Assembly (NCBI GenBank): GCA_020630095.1
Contig: JAHDCD010000001.1
Span: 5,698 to 69,697 of the forward strand
Direction: 5' to 3'
Source: Rickettsiales bacterium
GTDB taxonomy: Bacteria > Pseudomonadota > Alphaproteobacteria > Rickettsiales > UBA8987
Length of the DNA: 64,000 nt
Both the position numbers and the translations under genes were made by a program. Shown in pieces: positions 24,499 to 32,510 of the stretch. The stretch's first letter is position 1, and the number at the start of each line of letters is the position of its first letter. The notes beneath the pieces are model-generated. The model saw only the letters and a list, made by a program, of their open reading frames with translations. It ran no database searches and was not told the DNA's origin.

Positions 24499-26359
24499 GT
24501 AGAGTTTCTGCGATTGAGTCTGCATCCAAACCGGCTTCTTGCAATTGTTCTGCTTGAGTTGCGTGGTCTTGGTATTTATCCGGTAATATTAAGCTTCTAA
24601 AGCGTTTATCAAGTAGTGCGTCAGAGTCTGTTAATAATTTCAGTACAGATGAGCCGAAGCCGCCAGATGAACCTTCTTCAATTGTTACTATATTCTTAGC
24701 TTTGCTAATGGATTCTAATATTAGCTCTTCATCGATTGGTTTAGCGAAGCGGGCATCTATAACTGTGCATCTAACACCTTTCCATTTTAAACGTTCAGCG
24801 GCTTCAAGTACTTCACTTAGCATTGTGCCTATAGATATTATAACATTTTCTTCACCCTCTTTGTGGGCAACATATCCTTTGCCAAGTTCAATATTAGGCA
24901 CTTCAGTATCGGTAATAATTGCATTACCACGTGGATAGCGAATGGCTATTGGGCTTTCGTTATATTCAGCTGAAAATTTAACGATTTCCTCTAATTCAAC
25001 CGCGTTGGACGGGCAAGCGATAACCATGTTAGGTAGGCACGAAAGGTACGCAATATCGAAGCTACCTGCATGGGTTGCGCCATCTGCGCCTACTAAGCCG
25101 GCTCTGTCCATTGCGAATCTAACGGGTAGATTTTGGATTGCGCAATCGTGGATTAATTGGTCGTATGCGCGCTGTAGGAATGTGGAATAAATTGTAACGA
25201 ATGGTTTGAGGCCTTCAGTTGCCAAACCTGCGGCGAAGGTTACAGCATGTTGTTCGGCAATTCCTACGTCAAAATATTTATCTGGATAAGATTCTTGGAA
25301 TTTATCTAGCCCTGTTCCGCTTGGCATTGCGGCGGTTATGGCGATAATTTTATCGTCCTTTTCTGCTAGTTCAGTTAATGTTTTGCTGAAAATGGCTGTG
25401 TTGGATGGTGTGCCGCCTTTTGATTTACGTTGTACTTTAGTTTCAACATCGAACCCGCTAGTTGCATGGTATTTTTCAGATGAGAAATCAGGTGAATTAA
25501 AGCCTCTACCTTTTTCAGTAACTATATGAATTAAAACAGGTTTATTATCTATATTATCGCGAACGTTAGAAAGTACTTTAACTAGATGGTCGGTATTATG
25601 ACCATCTAGCACGCCGATATAATGGAATCCCATTCCTTCGAAAAAGTTTGTACGATTGCGCGAAAAGGGCATTAATGATTTCCAAAAACTTTCGGTGCGT
25701 TTTGCGGCGCGGCTGAAATAATCAGGGAATTTATTAAGCACGCGTTTGGTAATATCGCGAAGGCTGTAATATGGTTTTGAGCTTACTAGGTTTGCTAAGT
25801 AACGGCTCATTGCGCCTACTGCGGGCGCGATTGACATATCGTTATCGTTCAGAATAACGATTAATTTTGAATCATATGCACCGGCATTATTAAGCGCCTC
25901 GTATGCCATGCCAGCGGACATTGCGCCATCGCCAATTACGGCGATAACTTCGTTTTTCTTATTTAGCTTATCGCGGGCAATAGCCATGCCGTGCCCTGCT
26001 GAAATAGATGTAGATGAATGACCTGCGCCGAACGGGTCATATTCAGATTCGGAGCGTTTAGTGAAGCCAGATAATCCGCCTTTTTTGCGGATGGTTTGCA
26101 TGTCATCCTTACGGCCAGTTAAAATTTTATGTGGGTATGCTTGGTGGCCAACATCCCAAATTAGTCTGTCTTCTGGAGTGTTGAAAACGTAATGAATAGC
26201 GACAGTAAGTTCAACTACGCCTAAGCCAGCGCCAAGGTGACCACCGGTTTGTGAAACGTTGTTTATCACCTCTTGGCGAAGTTCATCTGAAAATTGAGGT
26301 AGCTGATTAACATCAAGCTTCTTTAAATCAGAAGGGTATTTGATTTTATCTAATAACAC
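24485..26359 (-). CDS. dxs: 1-deoxy-D-xylulose-5-phosphate synthase
   Basis: GGHLGAGLGVVELTVAIHYVF, ThDP motif GDGAMSAGMAYEALNNAG, IAEQHAVTFAAGLA. GTG start. Confidence 0.95.
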   Translation of the reverse strand: MLLDKIKYPSDLKKLDVNQLPQFSDELRQEVINNVSQTGGHLGAGLGVVELTVAIHYVFNTPEDRLIWDVGHQAYPHKILTGRKDDMQTIRKKGGLSGFTKRSESEYDPFGAGHSSTSISAGHGMAIARDKLNKKNEVIAVIGDGAMSAGMAYEALNNAGAYDSKLIVILNDNDMSIAPAVGAMSRYLANLVSSKPYYSLRDITKRVLNKFPDYFSRAAKRTESFWKSLMPFSRNRTNFFEGMGFHYIGVLDGHNTDHLVKVLSNVRDNIDNKPVLIHIVTEKGRGFNSPDFSSEKYHATSGFDVETKVQRKSKGGTPSNTAIFSKTLTELAEKDDKIIAITAAMPSGTGLDKFQESYPDKYFDVGIAEQHAVTFAAGLATEGLKPFVTIYSTFLQRAYDQLIHDCAIQNLPVRFAMDRAGLVGADGATHAGSFDIAYLSCLPNMVIACPSNAVELEEIVKFSAEYNESPIAIRYPRGNAIITDTEVPNIELGKGYVAHKEGEENVIISIGTMLSEVLEAAERLKWKGVRCTVIDARFAKPIDEELILESISKAKNIVTIEEGSSGGFGSSVLKLLTDSDALLDKRFRSLILPDKYQDHATQAEQLQEAGLDADSIAETLLSLQ

Positions 26360-26432
26360 TTTGATAAGTTCTTATCGAATAAACTAATTAATTCAATTCT
26401 TTACAGATAAATTAATGTTGATTTCTGTTGTG

Positions 26433-26496
26433 GAGTTAATATATCTATATACCTATATACCAATATTGGTATATAGGTATATAGATATATTAACTC
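26433..26496. promoter_or_regulatory. Perfect 64-bp palindrome between dxs and the divergent arsR-like gene; candidate operator
   Basis: GAGTTAATATATCTATATACCTATATACCAAT|ATTGGTATATAGGTATATAGATATATTAACTC, with all 32 pairs complementary. Confidence 0.55.
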
Positions 26497-26537
26497 AGCT
26501 TTTGTTAGTTATAACAATCTGTTAGTGGGTAATTAAA

Positions 26538-26828
26538 ATGAAACCTATAAGTCATAAAGATGTTCTTTACGTAGAAAATAAGTATAAAGCTATTTCTAAT
26601 ATAAATAGGATTAGGATAATTAATTTCCTTCTTGAAGGGGAGAAATATGTTCGAGATATTGAGCGTTATTTAAATACTATAAGCCAACCTGTACTTACGG
26701 AGCATTTGCGTAAGTTAGTGAATTATGGAATTTTAGGTTTTACTAAAAAGAAGAACCATATCTATTATTATATTGAAGATACTGATATAGTAAAAGCTAT
26801 GTCTGTATATGGCGCGGATAAGATGTAA
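26538..26828 (+). CDS. ArsR/SmtB-family winged-helix regulator (paralogue 2)
   Basis: ISNINRIRIINFLLEGEKYVRDIERYLNTISQPVLTEHLRKLVNYGIL. Confidence 0.7.
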   Translation: MKPISHKDVLYVENKYKAISNINRIRIINFLLEGEKYVRDIERYLNTISQPVLTEHLRKLVNYGILGFTKKKNHIYYYIEDTDIVKAMSVYGADKM

Positions 26829-26829
26829 A

Positions 26830-28251
26830 TTAATCCTTAGGAGTTACCATATTTTCAGGAATAACCCATTCATCGAATTGTTCAGATGTTAAAAGTTCTA
26901 GTTCAAGGGCAGCTTCTTTTAAAGTTGAGCCGTCTGCGTGGGCCTTTTTAGCGATCTTAGTTGCGTTATCATAACCGATATGTGGGTTAAGTGCAGTTAC
27001 TAACATTAAAGATTCGTTCTTTAGCTTAGTAATGCGCTCTAAATTTGCTTCAATGCCGTTAACGCATTTTTCAACGAATGAATTCATGCCATCAGTTAAA
27101 AGGGTAATAGATTGAAGTGTGTTGTAAATCATTACCGGTTTAAATACGTTAAGTTCAAAGTGACCTTGAGAACCGGCGATAGAAACTGTGGAGTGATTAC
27201 CCATAACTTGTGTGCATATCATAGTTAAAGCTTCAACCTGAGTTGGGTTAACTTTACCTGGCATTATAGATGAACCAGGCTCATTTGCAGGTAAAGAAAG
27301 TTCGCCTAAACCACAGCGTGGGCCAGAGCCTAAGAAGCGGATATCGTTAGCGATTTTCATTAATGAAACGGCGATAGAGTTTAATGCGCCTGAAAGTTCA
27401 ACGATAGCATCATGTGTAGCTAGCGCTTCGAATTTGTTAGGAGCTGTAATGAATGGAAGGTCAGTCTCGATTGCTACGTTTTTAGCAAATTCTTCAGCGA
27501 AGCCTTTCTTTGAATTAATACCTGTACCAACTGCAGTACCGCCTTGTGCTAGTTCATAAACTGCAGGAAGGGCATTATCAACACGGCGAAGGCTGTTTTT
27601 AATTGCTTGAACGTAGCCTGAAAATTCTTGGCCAAGCGTTAAAGGAGTTGCATCTTGAGTATGTGTTCTACCGATTTTTACGATATCTTTAAATTCTTCC
27701 TGTTTAGCTTCTAAAGCTTCTAAAATATTGTGTAATGCAGGGATAAGCTGATGATTAGTTTCTTCCGCTGCGGCAATATGCATAGCAGTTGGGAAAGTAT
27801 CGTTTGAGCTTTGCCCCATATTGCAATGGTCGTTAGGGTGAACAGGGTCTTTAGTGCCAACAGTTCCACCAAGTGCTTCAATGGCCACGTTAGCAATAAC
27901 CTCGTTAGAGTTCATGTTGCTTTGTGTACCTGAGCCAGTTTGCCATACAGATAGTGGGAAGTTGTCGTATAATTCTAATGAGATAACTCTATCCGCGGCG
28001 TTTTGAATTGCTTCACCTATGTTATTATCAAGAACACCAAGGTTAACATTAGCCTTAGCGGCCGATTTTTTAACGATACCAAGCGCGCGTACTAAGCTTT
28101 CCGGCATTTTTTCAATACCGATAGGGAAGTTAATTAATGAGCGTGCAGTTTGCGCACCCCAGTATTTATTGCTTGGTACTTGTAACTCGCCAAAGCTATC
28201 CGATTCTGTTCTGTATTCTGTGTTCATTTCTTCTTTTAATAAAGCTGACAT
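26830..28251 (-). CDS. fumC: Class II fumarate hydratase
   Basis: Signature [27 protein letters not shown]; 473 aa. Confidence 0.95.
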   Translation of the reverse strand: MSALLKEEMNTEYRTESDSFGELQVPSNKYWGAQTARSLINFPIGIEKMPESLVRALGIVKKSAAKANVNLGVLDNNIGEAIQNAADRVISLELYDNFPLSVWQTGSGTQSNMNSNEVIANVAIEALGGTVGTKDPVHPNDHCNMGQSSNDTFPTAMHIAAAEETNHQLIPALHNILEALEAKQEEFKDIVKIGRTHTQDATPLTLGQEFSGYVQAIKNSLRRVDNALPAVYELAQGGTAVGTGINSKKGFAEEFAKNVAIETDLPFITAPNKFEALATHDAIVELSGALNSIAVSLMKIANDIRFLGSGPRCGLGELSLPANEPGSSIMPGKVNPTQVEALTMICTQVMGNHSTVSIAGSQGHFELNVFKPVMIYNTLQSITLLTDGMNSFVEKCVNGIEANLERITKLKNESLMLVTALNPHIGYDNATKIAKKAHADGSTLKEAALELELLTSEQFDEWVIPENMVTPKD

Positions 28252-28362
28252 GCTGGAGTTTATAATGATTAATTTTGTCTATATCAAGTATAGGCAACGA
28301 GAGTTTTTATATTAATTTAAAAAATTAACATTTTCTTAAATAATATGAAGTAAAATTACCAA

Positions 28363-30801
28363 GTGACTAAAGACACTATAAAAATATTCTTCGTTGATGA
28401 TCAGCCTCGGGTTCAAAATAATTATATGGAAGAGGTTAAGGATGTATTATCAAGGGAAAATATTAATTTTGAGTATCAGATATTTTCTGGTGCCAGAGCT
28501 TTGTCTCAGGAATTAGAGAAAATTCACTCTGAGGGAGGGGGGTTACCGGATTCCGTTATGATTGATTATATTTTTGGAGGTAACGAAGTGGGTCTTAATG
28601 TTGCCCAAACGATGCTTGATCCAAAGTTTGAGGGAAGTCTGCATGAAGAGTTTTATCAAGATATTGAGTGGTTTATGTGTACCTCTTCGTCAAGGCGTGT
28701 AAATGAATCGCCATTGATACAGAGTTTAAATTGGGGAAGGTATGAAGGTGAAAGATGCATTAATAAGGAGGAGTTTGTAACACTTCTTCGATCTTTCAGT
28801 AAAAAGCCTAAAGAAATGTTTCCTTTGTTATCTTACTTTAACTATGCGCTTGATTTAGGTATTAAACCTAGAGATGCAGAAATTGAAGGGGCTGAAGGTG
28901 ATAAAAATGTTGAAGCTTTAAATAACTTTAAGGTTGGACCTAACATGGGGGATACAGCTATGCAGCTTGATCCTGATAGTCTTAGAGAGAGTTTAACCCC
29001 GAGTTATAAAAATTTAGATAATGATCCTAAATTTTTTAGATTTAGAAAATTTTCAACTGATCCAATAAGGGGTAAGCTTTGTTTTAACTCTGAAGATATA
29101 GAATCAGCTCTTAATTCAGAGGATAAGGCTATTATAGTTCTACAAAGCTTTAATGAATCGGAATTGGATTTAATTAATAATGCGGATGGTGTTGTGGTTA
29201 TTGGCTCAGGTAGTTCTCATGCGCTAGAGATATTAAGGGCATTGAATAAGCCATATGTTACTGATTTACAAGATTATGATTATAAAAAGAAGGATGGCGG
29301 TTTAGGTTTTTACCCATGTGCTAGGGTTGATACTATTGATGGAGAATTGGCCTTAATAAGTATGGATCATAGAGTTAGTAGGGCAATTGGAAATTATATT
29401 TCTGGGAAAGCTGAAGCTATTGATATTGATTATGAGGGAGCTTCGGATGATTATTATTTAACAGCTGGAAATGCAGTTACCTTAGTTAGTGGAGATTTAG
29501 TTTCTACGGAAGTTGAGATAGATAATTCTTATGCAAATGATGAGTTTGTAGAGAGGCTATTAGATTTTACTATTTATACTAAATATTTATGTAAGGGGGT
29601 AAGGGTTTCGGCAGCAGTTGATAGTGCTGATGTATTGCCTGAAGTTTTTGAAAGTACTTTGGATATAGGATTAATAAGATCTGAGCATTTAATTTTGGGA
29701 GATGATACCGTTGGAGTAAAGCAGCTACTTAAAGAAATAATTTTAAGTGAAGAGGGGGTATCTGAGGATCAAGGAAATAGATTAAAAGAAGAGTTATCTA
29801 CCTCTGTGGAAGGTCTGTTTGAGGCTGTTAAGATGGAGTATAATGGAAAATTTAATATAAGGCTTTTTGATTTAACTTTAGATGATTTTTTTACACAGCA
29901 AGAAATTGAGGAGATTCATGCTCGTTATGGTGAGCAAGGAGTTAATGGAACTCAACTAGCTAATCAGATTGAGGGGCTTTATGAGGCACAAATAGATGTG
30001 TTGATGTTAAATTTTATTAAAGCTCATGGACAAAATCTTAGTAGTAATGCCTATGAATCTGAGAATAAGGATTATAATAGGGATGCATTTGATGACTTGC
30101 AGAGGTCTGAAATGAGCGTAATGTTGCCGCATGTTAAAACAGCTGAAGACGTTGTTAGATATAAAGAATATGCTAAGAACTCAATGGAAAAGGCTATGAA
30201 GCAGGAAGAGAATAGCTATGAAGTGAGTTTTATTAAACGTGAAAAGTGTCTTGATAGTATTGAAGGGTATGAGCCTCCGTATAAGTTTGGGGCGATGGTA
30301 GAAACATTGGAGGCTTGTGAAAATATTGAAGATATAGCAAGAGAATGTGATTTTATTAGTATTGGAGCTAATGATTTAACTTCGGCGGTTCTTGGTATTG
30401 CCAGAAACGATATTGAGGCAATTAGAGATTATCAATATGAAAATGATGGCCTTAATCCATTTGAAACTCTTTGTCCTGAGGTGAAGGAGAGAATTAAAGA
30501 TATTTATACTAGAGCTAAAGCGGCTAATCCTGATCTTGAGATTAACTTATGTGGTCGTCAAGGGGCGGATATTGAGGCCATAAAAGTCTTGGATGAAATT
30601 GGTTTTGACTCTGTTTCTGTTGATGCTGAAAAGAGTGTATTTATTCCAGCATGTGTTGAAGCATTGCAGTATCATATTCAAAAAAAGAAGTTGCAAGAAG
30701 AGGGGAAGGGAGGGGGCTTGTCTGAGCAGTCTTCAGCTCCTAATCCTCAGCAATGCTATAAAGGTAATTCTTTTCCTAAAGGGGTGAATCAGAGGCAATA
30801 A
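28363..30801 (+). CDS. Receiver (REC)-like domain fused to a PPDK-like phosphohistidine swivel domain and PEP/pyruvate-binding TIM barrel; no ATP-grasp domain
   Basis: REC pattern: FVDDQ (D12/D13), VMIDYIFGGNEVGL (D68), FMCTSSS, CINKEEF (K135). Swivel: VVVIGSGSSHALEILRALNKPYV (H286). Barrel: IGLIRSEH, NIRLFDLTLDDFF, MLPHVKTAEDV, GAMVETLEA...DFISIGANDLTS...RND, LCGRQGADIEAIKVLDEIGFDSVSV. GTG start. Confidence 0.65.
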   Translation: MTKDTIKIFFVDDQPRVQNNYMEEVKDVLSRENINFEYQIFSGARALSQELEKIHSEGGGLPDSVMIDYIFGGNEVGLNVAQTMLDPKFEGSLHEEFYQDIEWFMCTSSSRRVNESPLIQSLNWGRYEGERCINKEEFVTLLRSFSKKPKEMFPLLSYFNYALDLGIKPRDAEIEGAEGDKNVEALNNFKVGPNMGDTAMQLDPDSLRESLTPSYKNLDNDPKFFRFRKFSTDPIRGKLCFNSEDIESALNSEDKAIIVLQSFNESELDLINNADGVVVIGSGSSHALEILRALNKPYVTDLQDYDYKKKDGGLGFYPCARVDTIDGELALISMDHRVSRAIGNYISGKAEAIDIDYEGASDDYYLTAGNAVTLVSGDLVSTEVEIDNSYANDEFVERLLDFTIYTKYLCKGVRVSAAVDSADVLPEVFESTLDIGLIRSEHLILGDDTVGVKQLLKEIILSEEGVSEDQGNRLKEELSTSVEGLFEAVKMEYNGKFNIRLFDLTLDDFFTQQEIEEIHARYGEQGVNGTQLANQIEGLYEAQIDVLMLNFIKAHGQNLSSNAYESENKDYNRDAFDDLQRSEMSVMLPHVKTAEDVVRYKEYAKNSMEKAMKQEENSYEVSFIKREKCLDSIEGYEPPYKFGAMVETLEACENIEDIARECDFISIGANDLTSAVLGIARNDIEAIRDYQYENDGLNPFETLCPEVKERIKDIYTRAKAANPDLEINLCGRQGADIEAIKVLDEIGFDSVSVDAEKSVFIPACVEALQYHIQKKKLQEEGKGGGLSEQSSAPNPQQCYKGNSFPKGVNQRQ

Positions 30802-30832
30802 AAAAGCCCCGAAATTAGCGAGGCTTTTTAAG

Positions 30833-30858
30833 GAGATTCCCGCCTGCGCGGGAATGAC
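30833..30858. repeat. Single-hairpin copy of the GTCAT/ATGAC palindromic element family
   Basis: GAGATTCCCGC ctgc GCGGGAATGAC, in the convergent intergenic gap. Confidence 0.55.
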
Positions 30859-30871
30859 GTAATATAGTTAA

Positions 30872-31372
30872 TTAGAAACCTTGAACGTTTCTTCTAACGT
30901 TAATTGTACCGCCGCTTCTAGTTCTAACTGAAGTAGACTTGCGAACAACTTCGCCACCTTTTCTAACTACAACTTTCTTTACAACTTTGCCAGTTTTAGG
31001 GCAAAGTTCTTTACCTGTGTGTGGGCATAATAACTTACCAGATTTAGGGCAAATTTTTCCACCTGTTTTTGGACAGATTTTAGCGCCAGTAGTTGGGCAG
31101 ATCTTTGCACCAGTTTTAGGACAGTATTTGTTACCAGTAACTGGACAAATTTTAGCTCCAGTCTTAGGGCAAATTCTACCTTCAGAATGTAAACGCTTAC
31201 CAGTTAAAGGGCAAATTTTACCAGCTTTTTTGTGGTGATGCTTACCAGAGCTGTGTGAATGTCCGTGTGCTTTATGCTCAGAGCATTTGCAATTAGCACA
31301 AGCGTTGGCGTTTAATGAAAAGCCAGCAATTGTTAAAATTGATAAGGCTGTTAATGTCAGTAATTTTTTCAT
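30872..31372 (-). CDS. Secreted basic protein with an N-terminal Cys/His cluster and nine CPx(T/S)G octapeptide repeats
   Basis: Signal peptide ...LNANA; CANCKCSEHKAHGHSHSSGKHHHKK; repeats [IL]CPxTGxK with an 8-aa (24-nt) period across nt ~30986-31216. Confidence 0.6.
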   Translation of the reverse strand: MKKLLTLTALSILTIAGFSLNANACANCKCSEHKAHGHSHSSGKHHHKKAGKICPLTGKRLHSEGRICPKTGAKICPVTGNKYCPKTGAKICPTTGAKICPKTGGKICPKSGKLLCPHTGKELCPKTGKVVKKVVVRKGGEVVRKSTSVRTRSGGTINVRRNVQGF

Positions 31373-31434
31373 GAGATTTTTGGGTTAATTATTTTATGTA
31401 TTCGTTTCGTTATGCAATAACATTACAGTTATTT

Positions 31435-31728
31435 TTATTTTCTGCCGAAGTCATCGCTAGAAATAAAGCCGTCGCCATTTTTATCACGTTGGCTGAATTT
31501 CTTTGCAGCGCCGTTTAAAAACTCATCCATAGAGATACTGCCGTCGCCGTTAGTATCCTGCTTGTAGAAGTTTTTCTCTCTAAATGCGTTAAATTCAGTT
31601 TTAGAGATTTTCTTATCAGCGTTAGTATCCATTCCACTTAAAACGCGCATATGATTTTTTTGCGCTTCGGCTGATGGTGCTAATGCTAGGATAGCGAAAC
31701 TTACTGCTATTGTTAAAACTTTTATCAT
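31435..31728 (-). CDS. Secreted EF-hand calcium-binding protein (three EF loops)
   Basis: Signal peptide ...SAEA; DTNADKKISKTEF, DTNGDGSISMDEF, DKNGDGFISSDDF. Confidence 0.75.
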   Translation of the reverse strand: MIKVLTIAVSFAILALAPSAEAQKNHMRVLSGMDTNADKKISKTEFNAFREKNFYKQDTNGDGSISMDEFLNGAAKKFSQRDKNGDGFISSDDFGRK

Positions 31729-31752
31729 AAATAACTCCTATTACTTACCTGT

Positions 31753-32451
31753 TTATTTTGCAAACTTTTTCGTTAGCTCGCCGTGAATTGATTTACCATT
31801 GCCTATGGTTCTTTTGTGCTTAGGCTTATAGTGGTGGTTGTTACCATATCTATGCCCATAGCCGTATCTACGACCATGATTATAATAATTACCATACCCG
31901 TAATAATGATCATGCCCTATTGGTGAGCGATAATAGTGACCACGTGATGGTACTGTGAAACCCCAAGCCCAACCTCTGTAAGGGTAGCGTGAGTAATGGT
32001 GGCTATCAACGTAACCTTGAGTATAGCCATCGTTATAGTCGTTCCATGTGCCGTAAGATGAATAATCTTTATTATAATAGCTTGAGCGCTTTAATTCGCG
32101 TTGAGTAACTACTTTGTCGCCATTTCTGTCGATACTATGGAATATTTTGGCAGCTTTTAAGCGTACTTCAGCGGGGCGGATGATACCGTTATGGTTTCTA
32201 TCAATCTCATAGAATTTCCATTTTGGGTAGCCTGCGCGCTTTGCTTCGTATTTTGTTAGTACTTTGTTGCGATTTCTGTCAGCTTTATGGAATAGTTTTA
32301 GTTCATTCTCAATAAGCTCGTATTTTGATAAATAACCATCATTGTTATTATCTCTTTTGTCGTTGTTATGATTGTGATTTTCATGTGCCACTGCATTACC
32401 CGCAAGTGCTAGAGTAAGTGCTAATGAAAATGTTTTTATATATTTTTTCAT
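31753..32451 (-). CDS. Secreted protein with four degenerate EF-hand-like loops and a Tyr/Gly/His/Arg/Asn-rich C-terminal tail
   Basis: Signal peptide ...GNAVA; HENHNHNND; DNNNDGYLSKYEL, DRNRNKVLTKYEA, DRNHNGIIRPAEV, DRNGDKVVTQREL; tail ...HYYGYGNYYNHGRRYGYGHRYGNNHHYKPKHK. Confidence 0.6.
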   Translation of the reverse strand: MKKYIKTFSLALTLALAGNAVAHENHNHNNDKRDNNNDGYLSKYELIENELKLFHKADRNRNKVLTKYEAKRAGYPKWKFYEIDRNHNGIIRPAEVRLKAAKIFHSIDRNGDKVVTQRELKRSSYYNKDYSSYGTWNDYNDGYTQGYVDSHHYSRYPYRGWAWGFTVPSRGHYYRSPIGHDHYYGYGNYYNHGRRYGYGHRYGNNHHYKPKHKRTIGNGKSIHGELTKKFAK

Positions 32452-32510
32452 ATCGTTTATGAATCGTTATGTAATTAATACTAATGGATTTTGAATAACC
32501 TTCTAATTAC

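Noticed and set aside
26433-26496. 64-bp palindrome considered as a MITE or IS end or an assembly hairpin artefact
   Set aside because: There are no flanking target-site duplications and no second copy in the window. Its placement mirrors two other regulator-adjacent palindromes, so an operator role is the more economical reading. A genome-wide copy count should still be done.
30986-31216. 24-nt periodic DNA repeat considered as a CRISPR-like or minisatellite array
   Set aside because: The period is in-frame coding for the CPxTG octapeptide. The units are contiguous with no spacers and are imperfect at the DNA level.
30872-31372. CPKTG motifs considered as sortase LPXTG-type sorting signals
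   Set aside because: The motif is reiterated internally rather than being a single C-terminal signal followed by a hydrophobic anchor. The genomic context is Gram-negative (autotransporter, FadL, Lol), where such sortase anchoring is not expected.
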